64,000 nt of DNA from positions 18,512 through 82,511 of the forward strand of contig CAISTG010000061.1 in the NCBI GenBank assembly GCA_903888345.1. Direction: 5' to 3'. The position numbers and the translations under genes were made by a program. The notes beneath the pieces were generated by a model that was given only the letters and a program-made list of their open reading frames with translations, did not search any database and was not told where the DNA came from. Shown piece after piece: positions 10,029 through 20,201 of this stretch. Each line of letters opens with the position of its first letter. The stretch's first letter is position 1. Source of the stretch: Candidatus Buchananbacteria bacterium. GTDB lineage: Bacteria > Patescibacteriota > Patescibacteriia > 2-01-FULL-39-33.

Positions 10029-11044
10029 AATATTTGATAAACGGCGGTTGCGGGTTTCTGGGTGCCAACTTAGCTCAGGCGGTTTTGCAACGAGGCGATG
10101 AGTTGGTTATATTTGATAATTTATCGCGTGTTGGGTCAGAAAAGAATCTGGCCTGGTTACTTGGATTGGGCAAGTTTAAATTTGTTAATGGTGATATTCG
10201 TAATCAGAATGATGTCGAGAGAATTATTAAGGCAGAAAAACCCGAGGTTATTTTTCATTTAGCCGGTCAAGTGGCGATGACCACTTCCATCGAAAATCCA
10301 CGTAAGGATTTTGAAATTAATGCGGGCGGAACCTTTAATCTTTTGGATGCGGTGCGTCAGTTTTCGCCGGAGTCGGTGGTAATCTATTCTTCGACCAATA
10401 AGGTTTATGGGGATTTGGAATGGCTCGAATATTTGGAGCAAGAAAAACGTTATGAAATTAAATCATATCCGCAGGGTTTATCAGAGTCAGTGCCGCTAAA
10501 TTTTTCCTCGCCTTATGGCTGTTCCAAGGGCTCCGCTGACCAGTATATGTTAGATTTTCATCATATTTTCGATTTAAAGACGATCGTTTTTCGTCACTCT
10601 TCCATGTATGGCGGGCGGCAGTTCTCGACTTATGACCAGGGGTGGATTGGTTGGTTTTGCCAGCAAGCGCTTGATACCTCGCTAGGTAAACTGGACAGAC
10701 CTTTTACGATTTCTGGCGATGGCAAGCAAGTTCGTGATGTGCTTCACGCTGAAGACATGATTGATTTGTATTTCGCTGCCGCAGCGCAAGCCGATAAGGT
10801 GAAGGGAGAAGTTTTTAATATTGGTGGCGGCACCCATAATAGTTTATCGCTGCTAGAATTATTTGATTTATTGGAGACGGAGTTGGGGGTTAAATTAAAC
10901 TATACGAAATTGCCAGCACGAGCTAGCGACCAAAAAGTTTTTATTGCCGATGTCAGTAAGGCTAAAAAAATGTTGGGTTGGGAACCGCAGGTTAGTGCTA
11001 TTGCCGGGATTAGAAAAATGCTGGCTTGGCTGCAACAGCAATAA
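10025..11044 (+). CDS. rfbE: CDP-paratose 2-epimerase (CDP-tyvelose epimerase)
   Basis: [52 protein letters not shown] and QVRDVLH, as in Salmonella/Yersinia RfbE/Tyv. Confidence 0.9.
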   Translation: MKYLINGGCGFLGANLAQAVLQRGDELVIFDNLSRVGSEKNLAWLLGLGKFKFVNGDIRNQNDVERIIKAEKPEVIFHLAGQVAMTTSIENPRKDFEINAGGTFNLLDAVRQFSPESVVIYSSTNKVYGDLEWLEYLEQEKRYEIKSYPQGLSESVPLNFSSPYGCSKGSADQYMLDFHHIFDLKTIVFRHSSMYGGRQFSTYDQGWIGWFCQQALDTSLGKLDRPFTISGDGKQVRDVLHAEDMIDLYFAAAAQADKVKGEVFNIGGGTHNSLSLLELFDLLETELGVKLNYTKLPARASDQKVFIADVSKAKKMLGWEPQVSAIAGIRKMLAWLQQQ

Positions 11045-11053
11045 TCAATTATT

Positions 11054-11746
11054 ATGGAACCTAAAGATTTAAGTGTAATTATTCCAGCCTATAAAGAGGC
11101 GGAGAATTTAAAAATAATTCTTCCGCAGCTTGTTGCTGTAATACGAGAATTAGGACAAGCTGAGGTGTTAGTAATCGACACGGTTGAGCCGCTAGACGAA
11201 ACGGCCCAGGTTTGCGAAGCGAATGCCGTCAATTATTATAATCGTCGGGACGGCAATAATTATGGTGATGCCATTAGGACGGGGATAGCGCAAGCAACTG
11301 GTAAGTATACAATCTTCATGGATGCTGACGGATCGCATGACCCCAACTTTATTAAGGCGTTATATGGCTATCGAGCTGATTTTGATATCGTCATTGCTTC
11401 ACGCTATGTTAATGGCGGTGACACGGACAACAGTCGGTTATTAATTTTTATGAGCTTGGCGGTTAATTATATCTATGGCCTCGTGCTAAATATTAAATGT
11501 CAGGATATCTCTAATAGTTTTAAACTTTATCAGACCGCTGATTTGAAGCAACTATCTTTAAAGTGTAATAATTTTGATATTGTAGAAGAAATTATTTATA
11601 AATTGAAAAAACAAAAGGGAGTTCTAAAAATCAAGGAGTTGCCATTCTTGTTTAAAAAAAGGATGTTTGGCGATACCAAAAGGAACCTTTTGCAGTTCAT
11701 TCTGACTTACATCGTGACCTTATATAAACTACGATTCGATAAATAG
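11054..11746 (+). CDS. GT2 polyprenol-phosphate glycosyltransferase (DPM1/GtrB-like)
   Basis: SVIIPAYKEAEN, MDADGSHDP, IASRYVNGG. Confidence 0.8.
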   Translation: MEPKDLSVIIPAYKEAENLKIILPQLVAVIRELGQAEVLVIDTVEPLDETAQVCEANAVNYYNRRDGNNYGDAIRTGIAQATGKYTIFMDADGSHDPNFIKALYGYRADFDIVIASRYVNGGDTDNSRLLIFMSLAVNYIYGLVLNIKCQDISNSFKLYQTADLKQLSLKCNNFDIVEEIIYKLKKQKGVLKIKELPFLFKKRMFGDTKRNLLQFILTYIVTLYKLRFDK

Positions 11747-11794
11747 TATCACGAGGAAGGGGTGATTACTTAACCATAATGAAAATATTTGCCT

Positions 11795-14509
11795 ATGTCC
11801 GAGTTTAGTAAAATATTCAAAAAAAATATTTTAGCCATCAGTGTATCTGCCGGTTTTATATTTCTGACGATTTGGGCGGGTAATCTTATTTCAGTGGTTA
11901 CCAGCCGCGATATTTTAGATCCACTGAAGGTTACTGTTGAGAGGCTAGACGGTCATCGGCCTAGCTCAGTTAAGGTTTTGGCGACTTTGTCACGGGCGGG
12001 AAATACTATCAATTTGGAGCCGGTAGCTGGCGCGCCTAATCAGTGGGATAATCAGTATAAGACCTTTATCGCCAAGTTGATGCTTGGGTTTAAGGCGGAG
12101 GACTTCGATCAACTGGCAACGGTAGTGGTTGAGTTAGGCGGTAAAAGGTTTGTGTATTCTAAAGAACAGTTTTTGCAGCAGTGGCCGCTGGTTAAGATAA
12201 AAAATGAGGAGTTACTACTTACTGACACAGCGGGCGAATCTCACTACGAAGTCTATGAGGCACCATCAGAGATTAGGGCCAATCCGTTAGCGTTACCCTT
12301 GGTACCGGGAATTTTCAGTAGCCTAAATTTTAATGGTAAAGATAATTTGCTATTGCGACCACTAATTGGTAGTCTCCAGACAGCCAGCTTTATAATTGGT
12401 CTCCTGATCTGGTGGTGTCTATTATGGTGGAGGTTTTTTCGACCAACTAAGACTGTCTCGACCGAGTCAGAATTATTAAATTCACAACGGCAGTTTATGA
12501 TCGGCGGTTTGAGTATTTTAGTCGCAGTGATCGTACTCGCGCTGATTAATGTACTGATTTTGGCCTACTATCGACCGGACACCTCGCAAGTAATTGTTGA
12601 GGCGGCGAAAATTTATCTTAAAGGCACTTTAGCGGCCTTCTTGCCGAAACCAGTTGAACGGCTACAGTTTGTTGTAAGTATCTTGCTGAGTCCGTTTATC
12701 TTGTGGTTATCTTATAGTCAGATCAAGCGACTAATTAATCGATGGTCGGAAAAAATATTGAAACCTGGCTATTACTGGCTGAGTATTTTTATTCCTTTGA
12801 GTTTGTTTGCCGTAATTTATCTGGGCTTGGCGGTAAGTAACTTTTTATATGTCAGTACGAGTTTTTCGTTTGGTTATTTCGGCAAATTCATTTTTGGCTG
12901 GATATTGTTTCCTTTGATGGTCTGGCTAAGTCAGCAGCAGTTTCAACAGCAAAGCCATCGAGTTGGTAAATATTTGCTATATGTAAGTTGTGGTTTTTTT
13001 GCTTTGCTTTCAGCCTTTATAAATACTTTTGCTTCCAATAATCTCGATTTAGTGACGGGTCGCTGGGTGGCCATGCATTTTGATCCGGTTTTTTATGTGA
13101 TGACGCAAGTGATGGCAGGGAAAACTATGTTAGTAAATTTAACCGGATTATATGGGCTTTATCCTATTTTTTTGCAGCCACTATTTAGCTTGATTGGCTT
13201 GAATGTTCTGAAATTTACTTTTGTATTCGGCTTTATTTTTGCTAGTGCCTATTTCTGTATTTTTATTTTTTTGCAACAGCAGGTTAAGAGTCGCTTGATT
13301 TTAGGGTTTAGTTTTTTAACACTTGTTTTCTATGTCTTAGATAATAATGTTAACCCGATTCCTTATTTTCAATATTGGCCCATTCGGACAATCTTTCCTT
13401 GTTTAATGCTGCTACTTGTTTCAATTTATGCCAAGAGCGAAAATAAATTGGTTTATTATTTGGGTTTTATTGTCAGCTCTTTGGCACTGTTGTGGAATTT
13501 TGATTCTGGTATCATCGTCATCCTGGCCTGGCTAATCTCTTTATGTTACTTAGAATTATTTAATAGCGATAAGCGATTGGTGGTTTTCGCTTTAGTCCGC
13601 CATTTTTTGGTGAGTCTAAGTTCTTTAGTGGTGGTGCTGGGCGTTTATGGTTTGTATACGTTTGGTCGCAGTGGAAGCTGGCCGAATTTACAGTTATTAT
13701 GGCAATATCAAAAAATGTTTGTTGCTGGCTATTTCTTGATTCCGATGCCTTTTCCGCACCTTTGGGTCGCTGTCGCCCTTGTCTTTTTGATTGGCCTGTT
13801 AATTCCAATTATGATTTGGCTTGATGATAAGTCGCGTCGCGAGCGGGGGTTTGTTATGCTTTTTGTAACTGTTCTGGGCTTAGGTCTGTTTAGTTATTAT
13901 GAGGGGCGTTCGCACGATTTGACTTTCTATAGCCCGCTCTATACTGTCATTATTTTGTTGGCCTTACTGGCTGATGGCGCTTACGCGAAATATTTAAAAC
14001 ATCAAATAAATTACGGTCTGGGCCTAATACTGTTAATGGTAATCTTTTTTATTTCCGCGGCACCGTTTAATTTGTTGTTTAATCTCGGTAAATATTATTC
14101 TTGGGTCGGTCCGCATGCGGTGGCAGCGGCTTCCCAAAAATCAACAAGTCTAACGAGAAATGTCGCCTTTATTAAACAGCATACGGTAGTGGGGGAGCGG
14201 ATTTTAATAGTGGCCAGAGATTCTAATGATGGTATTTATTATGGAGAATCGCAAACGCGGGCCGCCTTGTCTTTGCCGGCGTCAACTGACATATTTTTCC
14301 AATCAGAAATCGATCGCTTAGCCAGTTTTTTATTATGTAATCAATCGGTCAAAGTGTTTATTTATCCTTATAGTAGCTTCAGCTTTGATGATCAACGAGT
14401 TCAGCAAAGTATTAAGAATGATTATGTGGCGACGGCAATCAGCCAAGATGATATGGCCCTAGTTAATAATACACAAGTGCGACAAAACGCTTGTGACTTA
14501 AATAAGTAA
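11795..14509 (+). CDS. Large polytopic membrane protein, possible GT-C glycosyltransferase
   Basis: ~900 aa, N-terminal extracellular domain, >12 TM segments, LYGLYP loop; follows a polyprenol-P GT2. Function inferred. Confidence 0.55.
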   Translation: MSEFSKIFKKNILAISVSAGFIFLTIWAGNLISVVTSRDILDPLKVTVERLDGHRPSSVKVLATLSRAGNTINLEPVAGAPNQWDNQYKTFIAKLMLGFKAEDFDQLATVVVELGGKRFVYSKEQFLQQWPLVKIKNEELLLTDTAGESHYEVYEAPSEIRANPLALPLVPGIFSSLNFNGKDNLLLRPLIGSLQTASFIIGLLIWWCLLWWRFFRPTKTVSTESELLNSQRQFMIGGLSILVAVIVLALINVLILAYYRPDTSQVIVEAAKIYLKGTLAAFLPKPVERLQFVVSILLSPFILWLSYSQIKRLINRWSEKILKPGYYWLSIFIPLSLFAVIYLGLAVSNFLYVSTSFSFGYFGKFIFGWILFPLMVWLSQQQFQQQSHRVGKYLLYVSCGFFALLSAFINTFASNNLDLVTGRWVAMHFDPVFYVMTQVMAGKTMLVNLTGLYGLYPIFLQPLFSLIGLNVLKFTFVFGFIFASAYFCIFIFLQQQVKSRLILGFSFLTLVFYVLDNNVNPIPYFQYWPIRTIFPCLMLLLVSIYAKSENKLVYYLGFIVSSLALLWNFDSGIIVILAWLISLCYLELFNSDKRLVVFALVRHFLVSLSSLVVVLGVYGLYTFGRSGSWPNLQLLWQYQKMFVAGYFLIPMPFPHLWVAVALVFLIGLLIPIMIWLDDKSRRERGFVMLFVTVLGLGLFSYYEGRSHDLTFYSPLYTVIILLALLADGAYAKYLKHQINYGLGLILLMVIFFISAAPFNLLFNLGKYYSWVGPHAVAAASQKSTSLTRNVAFIKQHTVVGERILIVARDSNDGIYYGESQTRAALSLPASTDIFFQSEIDRLASFLLCNQSVKVFIYPYSSFSFDDQRVQQSIKNDYVATAISQDDMALVNNTQVRQNACDLNK

Positions 14510-14517
14510 CATAATTT

Positions 14518-15879
14518 ATGAATGAATTGTATGGCTATCTAAAGTACGCTGGGGGCCGTTTGTTGGTCCGGCTCTTTGGGCTCAAGGTATTTTCATATTC
14601 CAGCATTAATGAGGATAATATTATCGATTGGTTAACGGGTTACAAACGGGAGGGTACTTACATCGATATTGGCGCTAATAATCCCGACGTTACCAATAAT
14701 ACTAAGTTATTCTATCTGCGAGGTTGGCGAGGCATAAATATTGAACCCGCTCAGCATGAATTTGGACTCCTGGAGCTGGCGCGTCCTGGTGATACTAATT
14801 ACAATTGTGCGATTGGAACCGGCATAGTGACCTTTTTCGAGGGTGAGGACGATAATACTGGCAATACCTTTGATTATAAACTGGCGACCGAGCGCCACTT
14901 AAAACGAAGCCGCCAGTTGACTTTGAAACCTTTAAGTGAGATTTTTTCGGAGAATAAATTGACCCATGTCGACTTTATCTCCATCGATGTTGAGGGTTAC
15001 GAGGTGGAAGTTTTAAAAAGCAATGATTGGACCAAATACCAGGCGGATGTCTTGTGTATTGAGGGAAGTGGTTATAGTTATTTGAAGCAGTTTGGTTATC
15101 GAAAAGTTTTTTGGGACGGTCATAATAGTTATTATAAATTGTTTAAAAAATTTCATTTTATGTCCAAGCTTAAAGAGTATGTTATTGATCATGGTTTTTG
15201 GTATAAGCTTTATCTTAAGTTAAAGTTAAGGTTTGATTCGACTGCTGGCATTACAAAACAACAAATAGCTGAGCAGTTAGGACCGCGTCCGGTTATTCTG
15301 GAAATCGGTGCTCATGTGGGCAGCGATACGGTTGAAATGTCGGTGTTGTGGCCTCAAGGAAAAATTTATGCGTTTGAGCCATTGCCGGATATCTTTAAAC
15401 GCCTGAAATTTAAAACTAAGAATTTTAGTAATATTGAATTGATTCCCGCTGCTGTTACTGATCACGATACGGGCGGAACGCAAGAAATGTTCGTCAGTAC
15501 GGTCTCTGATGCTTCCAGCTCACTCTTAAAGCCGAAAGATCATTTGTTATATTGCCCGGATATCAGTTTTTCGGAAGCCACCACGCCAATCAGAACGGTT
15601 ATTTTAAGTGATTGGCTGAGAAGCAAAAAGATTGAAAAAATCGATTTGATTTGGATCGATGCGCAAGGAATGGAATTGAATATTTTTAAATCCTTGGGCG
15701 AGCAAATTAGTAACGTTAGTTGTATTTATACCGAAGTGTCCTTGACCGAGTTTTATGAAGGGTCAGGAACTTATGAAGATATCAAAACTTATCTTGGTGG
15801 GTTCGGCTTTATTTTGATCGCGGATGATTTTCAGTCAGGCCAGTTGATGGGCAATGCTTTATTTAAAAAAAATCAATAA
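14518..15879 (+). CDS. Tandem FkbM-family methyltransferase (two domains)
   Basis: Domain 1: DIGAN…GWRGINIEP…SIDVEGYE. Domain 2: EIGAHVG…YAFEP…WIDAQGME…YTEV. Confidence 0.85.
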   Translation: MNELYGYLKYAGGRLLVRLFGLKVFSYSSINEDNIIDWLTGYKREGTYIDIGANNPDVTNNTKLFYLRGWRGINIEPAQHEFGLLELARPGDTNYNCAIGTGIVTFFEGEDDNTGNTFDYKLATERHLKRSRQLTLKPLSEIFSENKLTHVDFISIDVEGYEVEVLKSNDWTKYQADVLCIEGSGYSYLKQFGYRKVFWDGHNSYYKLFKKFHFMSKLKEYVIDHGFWYKLYLKLKLRFDSTAGITKQQIAEQLGPRPVILEIGAHVGSDTVEMSVLWPQGKIYAFEPLPDIFKRLKFKTKNFSNIELIPAAVTDHDTGGTQEMFVSTVSDASSSLLKPKDHLLYCPDISFSEATTPIRTVILSDWLRSKKIEKIDLIWIDAQGMELNIFKSLGEQISNVSCIYTEVSLTEFYEGSGTYEDIKTYLGGFGFILIADDFQSGQLMGNALFKKNQ

Positions 15880-15886
15880 TCAGCTT

Positions 15887-16858
15887 ATGACCAATCCACT
15901 TTTAAGTATTTGTATACCCACCTATAATCGAGCGAATTATTTGGCTGAAAGCCTAGCCGCGATAGTGGTTCAGTTTCAGAATCACCCTGAGTTACTGACG
16001 GAGGTTGAAGTGATTATTTCTGATAATGCGAGCACCGACACCACCGCGCTCGTGGCGCAGAAGTATCGGGCGGAATATCCTAATATTACTTACTTTTGTA
16101 ATGACAAAAACCTCGGTAGCGATGAAAATTATATTAGCGCTGTGGGTCACTCTAATGGCGAGTATGGCTGGTTGATTGGCGATGATGATTATATTGTCGG
16201 CGGTGGAATAAAATTCGTTGTTGATTATTTGCGTCATAATCAAGTTTCTGTTTTAACGGTTGAATCTCGCACTTTTGTAAGTGTGGCCGAGGTCTTAACT
16301 TCGAGATTGACAGTGACCCCTGAATTGTTGGTTAGAACCAACTCCCATGACAATTTTTTTAAACAAGGATATTGTATCGGCTTGCTGTGCTCAATCATCT
16401 TCCGTCGCTCCTTATGGCTAGCCGTCGATCGGGCTAATTATCGGCCCGGCTGGTCATATTATGAGATTGCTCTCAAGTTAATGGCTCAATCAAGCTTGCC
16501 GATGGTTCACTTAAGTTGCCCGCTGGTGATTACCAGAGAAGATAGTTTGTGGGTTAAGGACGGAACCGAGTTCTTTTTCTTTATTAATTGGAAAAAGATT
16601 TTAGAAAAACTAGCAGATTTCGGTTATAATCGGACCTATCTCCAGTCCCGGGTTGATGAATTAGCAAAACATTTATTGATTATTTTATTGCGCGCTAAAG
16701 GTCATGATTTGCGTTGCTCAATTGCTAACTATAAATTATTGTCGGCGGAATTTAAAAGTTATCCAGGCTGGTTGTTGCTGGCGACGGTTATTTATCCGAT
16801 GCCAAATAACTTAGTTAAAGCCGTCAGAGACTTAAAAAAATACCTTAAACACTCTTGA
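15887..16858 (+). CDS. GT2 glycosyltransferase (RfbV/abequosyltransferase-like)
   Basis: LSICIPTYNRA, ISDNASTD, NLGSDEN, WLIGDDD. Confidence 0.8.
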   Translation: MTNPLLSICIPTYNRANYLAESLAAIVVQFQNHPELLTEVEVIISDNASTDTTALVAQKYRAEYPNITYFCNDKNLGSDENYISAVGHSNGEYGWLIGDDDYIVGGGIKFVVDYLRHNQVSVLTVESRTFVSVAEVLTSRLTVTPELLVRTNSHDNFFKQGYCIGLLCSIIFRRSLWLAVDRANYRPGWSYYEIALKLMAQSSLPMVHLSCPLVITREDSLWVKDGTEFFFFINWKKILEKLADFGYNRTYLQSRVDELAKHLLIILLRAKGHDLRCSIANYKLLSAEFKSYPGWLLLATVIYPMPNNLVKAVRDLKKYLKHS

Positions 16859-16859
16859 T

Positions 16860-17693
16860 ATGAGTAACATTTCTTTTGTAATTTTTACCTTTAACGAAGA
16901 AAAAAGAATCGAAGCAGCTATCCGTAATTTCATTAATTACGGACCGGTTATAATCATGGATGGCGGCAGTACTGACGCGACCCAGGAAATTTCGGAGTGG
17001 CTCGGAGCGAAATTTGTTTTGCGTCCCAAGACCGATAAGTTATTTGTGGAGAACGCCGAAAACTATGAGGTAGTCCTAGCCAATGTTACGACCGATTGGA
17101 TTTACTGGGGCTATGCCGATAATTTAGCGCCCCTGAGCTTGATTAGAAAGCTCGTCGCCTTATCGCAACAGACAAAATACAAATATGTAATTGTGCCTCT
17201 TTATACCTATTTATGGGGGGAGACTAAGCAACCGGCACTGAAGGGTGCGATGCCATGTATTTTTATGAAACAATTTCTTGATTTCAATAACAACCATATT
17301 CATGGCATGGGTAGGTTTCTGGGTCGCAGTGATGAAATCTTATCCTTACCTAATCAGGACGAATTCGCCTTGCGGCATTTTAGTCTCTACGACCTCAATA
17401 AATTCGTGATGGGGCATTTACGTTATGCCCAGGCAGAGGCTGATTTTAAATTCGAAAGTGGCAATAAATTTTCATTACTTAAATTGGGACGCGGCATGGT
17501 CGGTTATTTTTTAATGTACATCAGGGGCGGCTATAAAAATGGAACCCGGGGATTATTAGTCAGTTTGGCTTATGCATTTTTTAGGTTTCTAGTCTATTTC
17601 AGATTATTTGAATTAGAAAACAACCTAACTTTAGAATCTATTGAAGCCGAATATCAAAAAGAAAAAAATAAAATAATTAGTAATTTAAATTAA
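16860..17693 (+). CDS. GT2 glycosyltransferase
   Basis: FTFNEEKRI, MDGGSTD; LPS beta-glucosyltransferase-like C-terminus. Confidence 0.78.
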   Translation: MSNISFVIFTFNEEKRIEAAIRNFINYGPVIIMDGGSTDATQEISEWLGAKFVLRPKTDKLFVENAENYEVVLANVTTDWIYWGYADNLAPLSLIRKLVALSQQTKYKYVIVPLYTYLWGETKQPALKGAMPCIFMKQFLDFNNNHIHGMGRFLGRSDEILSLPNQDEFALRHFSLYDLNKFVMGHLRYAQAEADFKFESGNKFSLLKLGRGMVGYFLMYIRGGYKNGTRGLLVSLAYAFFRFLVYFRLFELENNLTLESIEAEYQKEKNKIISNLN

Positions 17694-17705
17694 TATACTT
17701 CATTT

Positions 17706-18503
17706 ATGATCACAGTTATCACGGCCATTTATAAATCCGATAATTATCTTGAGGCCTATGCCCGACGATTACAAAAATTTGCGGAAACCTTAAAGCAAGC
17801 CAAGCGGGAGTTTGAGGTAATTATTGTGCCGCAATTGCCATCAACGAAGGAACAGGCAATTCTCAAGTCATTGGCAGCTTCCCCTTGGCTTAGGATTCAA
17901 GAAAATAGTAAGCCGTCGCTTTATGCCGCTTGGAATACAGGATTACGTTTAGCTCGGGGCGAGGCGATTTGTTTTTGGAATGCCGATGATGTCAGAACGC
18001 CAGCCGCCGTAATTGCTGGTGCTAAATTAATTGGCGAGGGGGCGGAGTTTGTTTATTTCCCTTTTATTATTCGCTGGTATCTAAAATTGTTCGGCGTATC
18101 CCTTTTAGTGAAGTGGAAATATATTGATTGCTTAAATTTGACTCAAGAAGATTTTAAAAGATCAATGCCCTTTGCCTCCTTTTGGATGGGTAGCAAAAGC
18201 TTATTCGAGAAGGTTGGACCATTTGACGAACAATTTAAGATCGTCTCCGATTTCGATTATTCCGTTCGCGCTGGCAAGGCAACTGATAAATTTGTCCGTT
18301 CCGAAGTTCTGGCCGGATATTTTCGCGTTGATGGCAATGGTCTCAGTTCTGGCGGTAAACCATTACATACTGCCGAAAACAATATTGTTTGCCGACGCCA
18401 CGGCATTAATGATAAAATAGTTCCAGGCTTTGATGAATTGGAAAGCAAGTATCAAGTCGATAAAATAAAATTAAACGGCGAATATGTTGAATATAATTTC
18501 TAG
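17706..18503 (+). CDS. GT2 glycosyltransferase
   Basis: ITVITAIY, YAAWNTG, WNADD, GPFDE, SDFDY. Confidence 0.78.
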   Translation: MITVITAIYKSDNYLEAYARRLQKFAETLKQAKREFEVIIVPQLPSTKEQAILKSLAASPWLRIQENSKPSLYAAWNTGLRLARGEAICFWNADDVRTPAAVIAGAKLIGEGAEFVYFPFIIRWYLKLFGVSLLVKWKYIDCLNLTQEDFKRSMPFASFWMGSKSLFEKVGPFDEQFKIVSDFDYSVRAGKATDKFVRSEVLAGYFRVDGNGLSSGGKPLHTAENNIVCRRHGINDKIVPGFDELESKYQVDKIKLNGEYVEYNF

Positions 18504-19521
18504 ATCAATCGTTGAAGGTGGGATTAATGGACCGCAAAAAGTCGTGGCCAACCTGATAAAGGGCCTCGATCTTTTGGGTTATCCTTATTGCTTAAATAAA
18601 GAATTGTCGGCTACTTCACAGTTGTGGATACACGATGATCCAATAGCTTTAAGGGAGGCGGGCAAACGGAAATTATCGGCGATAGTTGGGCCTAATATTT
18701 ATATTTTGCCGCGTAATATTCCAGCCAGTATCAATCTATCAAAATTCGTATATGTTTTTCCTTCAAAATGGTCTGCCGATTTTTGGAAAGACTTTGGCTT
18801 TGATCGCTGTCGCCAGGATTATTGGCCGACGGGAGTTGATGCGGCCGAATTTCCCGAGCGGCCACAGCCGGATGACGGAATTGTCTTACTCTATTTTAAA
18901 CAACGTTATTCGGAGGAGCTGGAGTTTACTAAGTCGATCTTGACCGCGGCGGGCCTAAAGTTCGAGACCATTATTTATGGTGCTTATGACCAAAAAAACT
19001 ATTTAGAGTTGTTGCAAAAAACAAAGTATATTATTTGGCTGGGGCGACAAGAAAGCCAAGGCATCGCCTTAGAAGAAGCGCTGGCGATGAATGTGCCAAT
19101 TTTGGTTTGGGACGTGCAAAATATCGGTCATTGGATTCCGACCCGTAAGGAAAGTAAAATTTTTAATGCTGCCGAAGCGGCTTATCCGCAGGCCACGGCC
19201 GCCTATTATTTTGATGAGCGCTGCGGCTTTAAGACTAAAGAAAAATCAGCAATAGAAAATTTAGTTAAAACGATGGAAGCGCAATGGCGCAATTTCGAAC
19301 CCCGGGAATATGTTTTGGAAAAGCTTAGCTTGGCGGGTCAGGCGCGAGCGATGATCGATTTTTTTGAAAAGTATTTTGGCGTCACTTTTGAGAGCGGAAA
19401 AAATGAGTCGATTAAGAACGGGCGGAAATGGAGAAATGATCGCTGGTATTTTAAGGCCTCAATGTATTTGAAGGCGCGAATTAAAAAAGTAATTAAACAA
19501 TTAAAAAAAATAATTAACTAA
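18484..19521 (+). CDS. GT-B (GT4-like) glycosyltransferase
   Basis: GPQKVVANL and ESQGIALEEALAMNVP (EX7E motif). Confidence 0.72.
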   Translation: MLNIISRSIVEGGINGPQKVVANLIKGLDLLGYPYCLNKELSATSQLWIHDDPIALREAGKRKLSAIVGPNIYILPRNIPASINLSKFVYVFPSKWSADFWKDFGFDRCRQDYWPTGVDAAEFPERPQPDDGIVLLYFKQRYSEELEFTKSILTAAGLKFETIIYGAYDQKNYLELLQKTKYIIWLGRQESQGIALEEALAMNVPILVWDVQNIGHWIPTRKESKIFNAAEAAYPQATAAYYFDERCGFKTKEKSAIENLVKTMEAQWRNFEPREYVLEKLSLAGQARAMIDFFEKYFGVTFESGKNESIKNGRKWRNDRWYFKASMYLKARIKKVIKQLKKIIN

Positions 19522-19528
19522 CGTCAAT

Positions 19529-20191
19529 ATGTTCAATAAAATATTACACAAACTTTTTGGCGTTCGCCTAATTAGCAGTCAGTGCGGCGAAGATTTGATT
19601 ATCGAATCAATGTTGCCCGCTAAAAAAGATGGTTTTTTTGTCGATGTCGGGGCTAATCATCCGATTAAGTATAGCAATACTTTTTTATTTTATTGTAAGG
19701 GCTGGCGTGGCCTTAATATCGAGCCGGATCCATCGCGATTGCCTTGGTTCAAGTTATTTCGTCATCGTGACATTAATTTAAATATTGGAGTGGGATTGGA
19801 ATCGGGCGAACTGATTTTTAATGTCTTTAATGAAAATACCTTAAGTACTTTCGATGAAGCATCGGCCAAGGAATTTGAAAAAATCGGCCATAAGATCAAT
19901 AAAAAAATAGTTGTTCCGATACGACCGTTAAAGACCATACTCGAACAGTATGCCGCCAATCAAGAAATTGATTTATTATCGATTGATACCGAAGGTTTTG
20001 ATTTGCTGGTCTTAAAAAGTAACGACTGGGATAAATTTAGACCGACTTTTGTAATTTTAGAAACTCTAGAATACCGGGCCGGCGACACAGGGAAAAAGCT
20101 CAATGATATTTTTGATCCCTATATGGCGGAAATCGGTTATGGCAAGGTCGCTGACACCCATATCAATACTATTTATAAAAAATTAACTTAA
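19529..20191 (+). CDS. FkbM-family methyltransferase
   Basis: SQCGED, DVGANHP, SNT, GWRGLNIEP, SIDTEG. Confidence 0.88.
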   Translation: MFNKILHKLFGVRLISSQCGEDLIIESMLPAKKDGFFVDVGANHPIKYSNTFLFYCKGWRGLNIEPDPSRLPWFKLFRHRDINLNIGVGLESGELIFNVFNENTLSTFDEASAKEFEKIGHKINKKIVVPIRPLKTILEQYAANQEIDLLSIDTEGFDLLVLKSNDWDKFRPTFVILETLEYRAGDTGKKLNDIFDPYMAEIGYGKVADTHINTIYKKLT

Positions 20192-20201
20192 GAATATTTT
20201 T

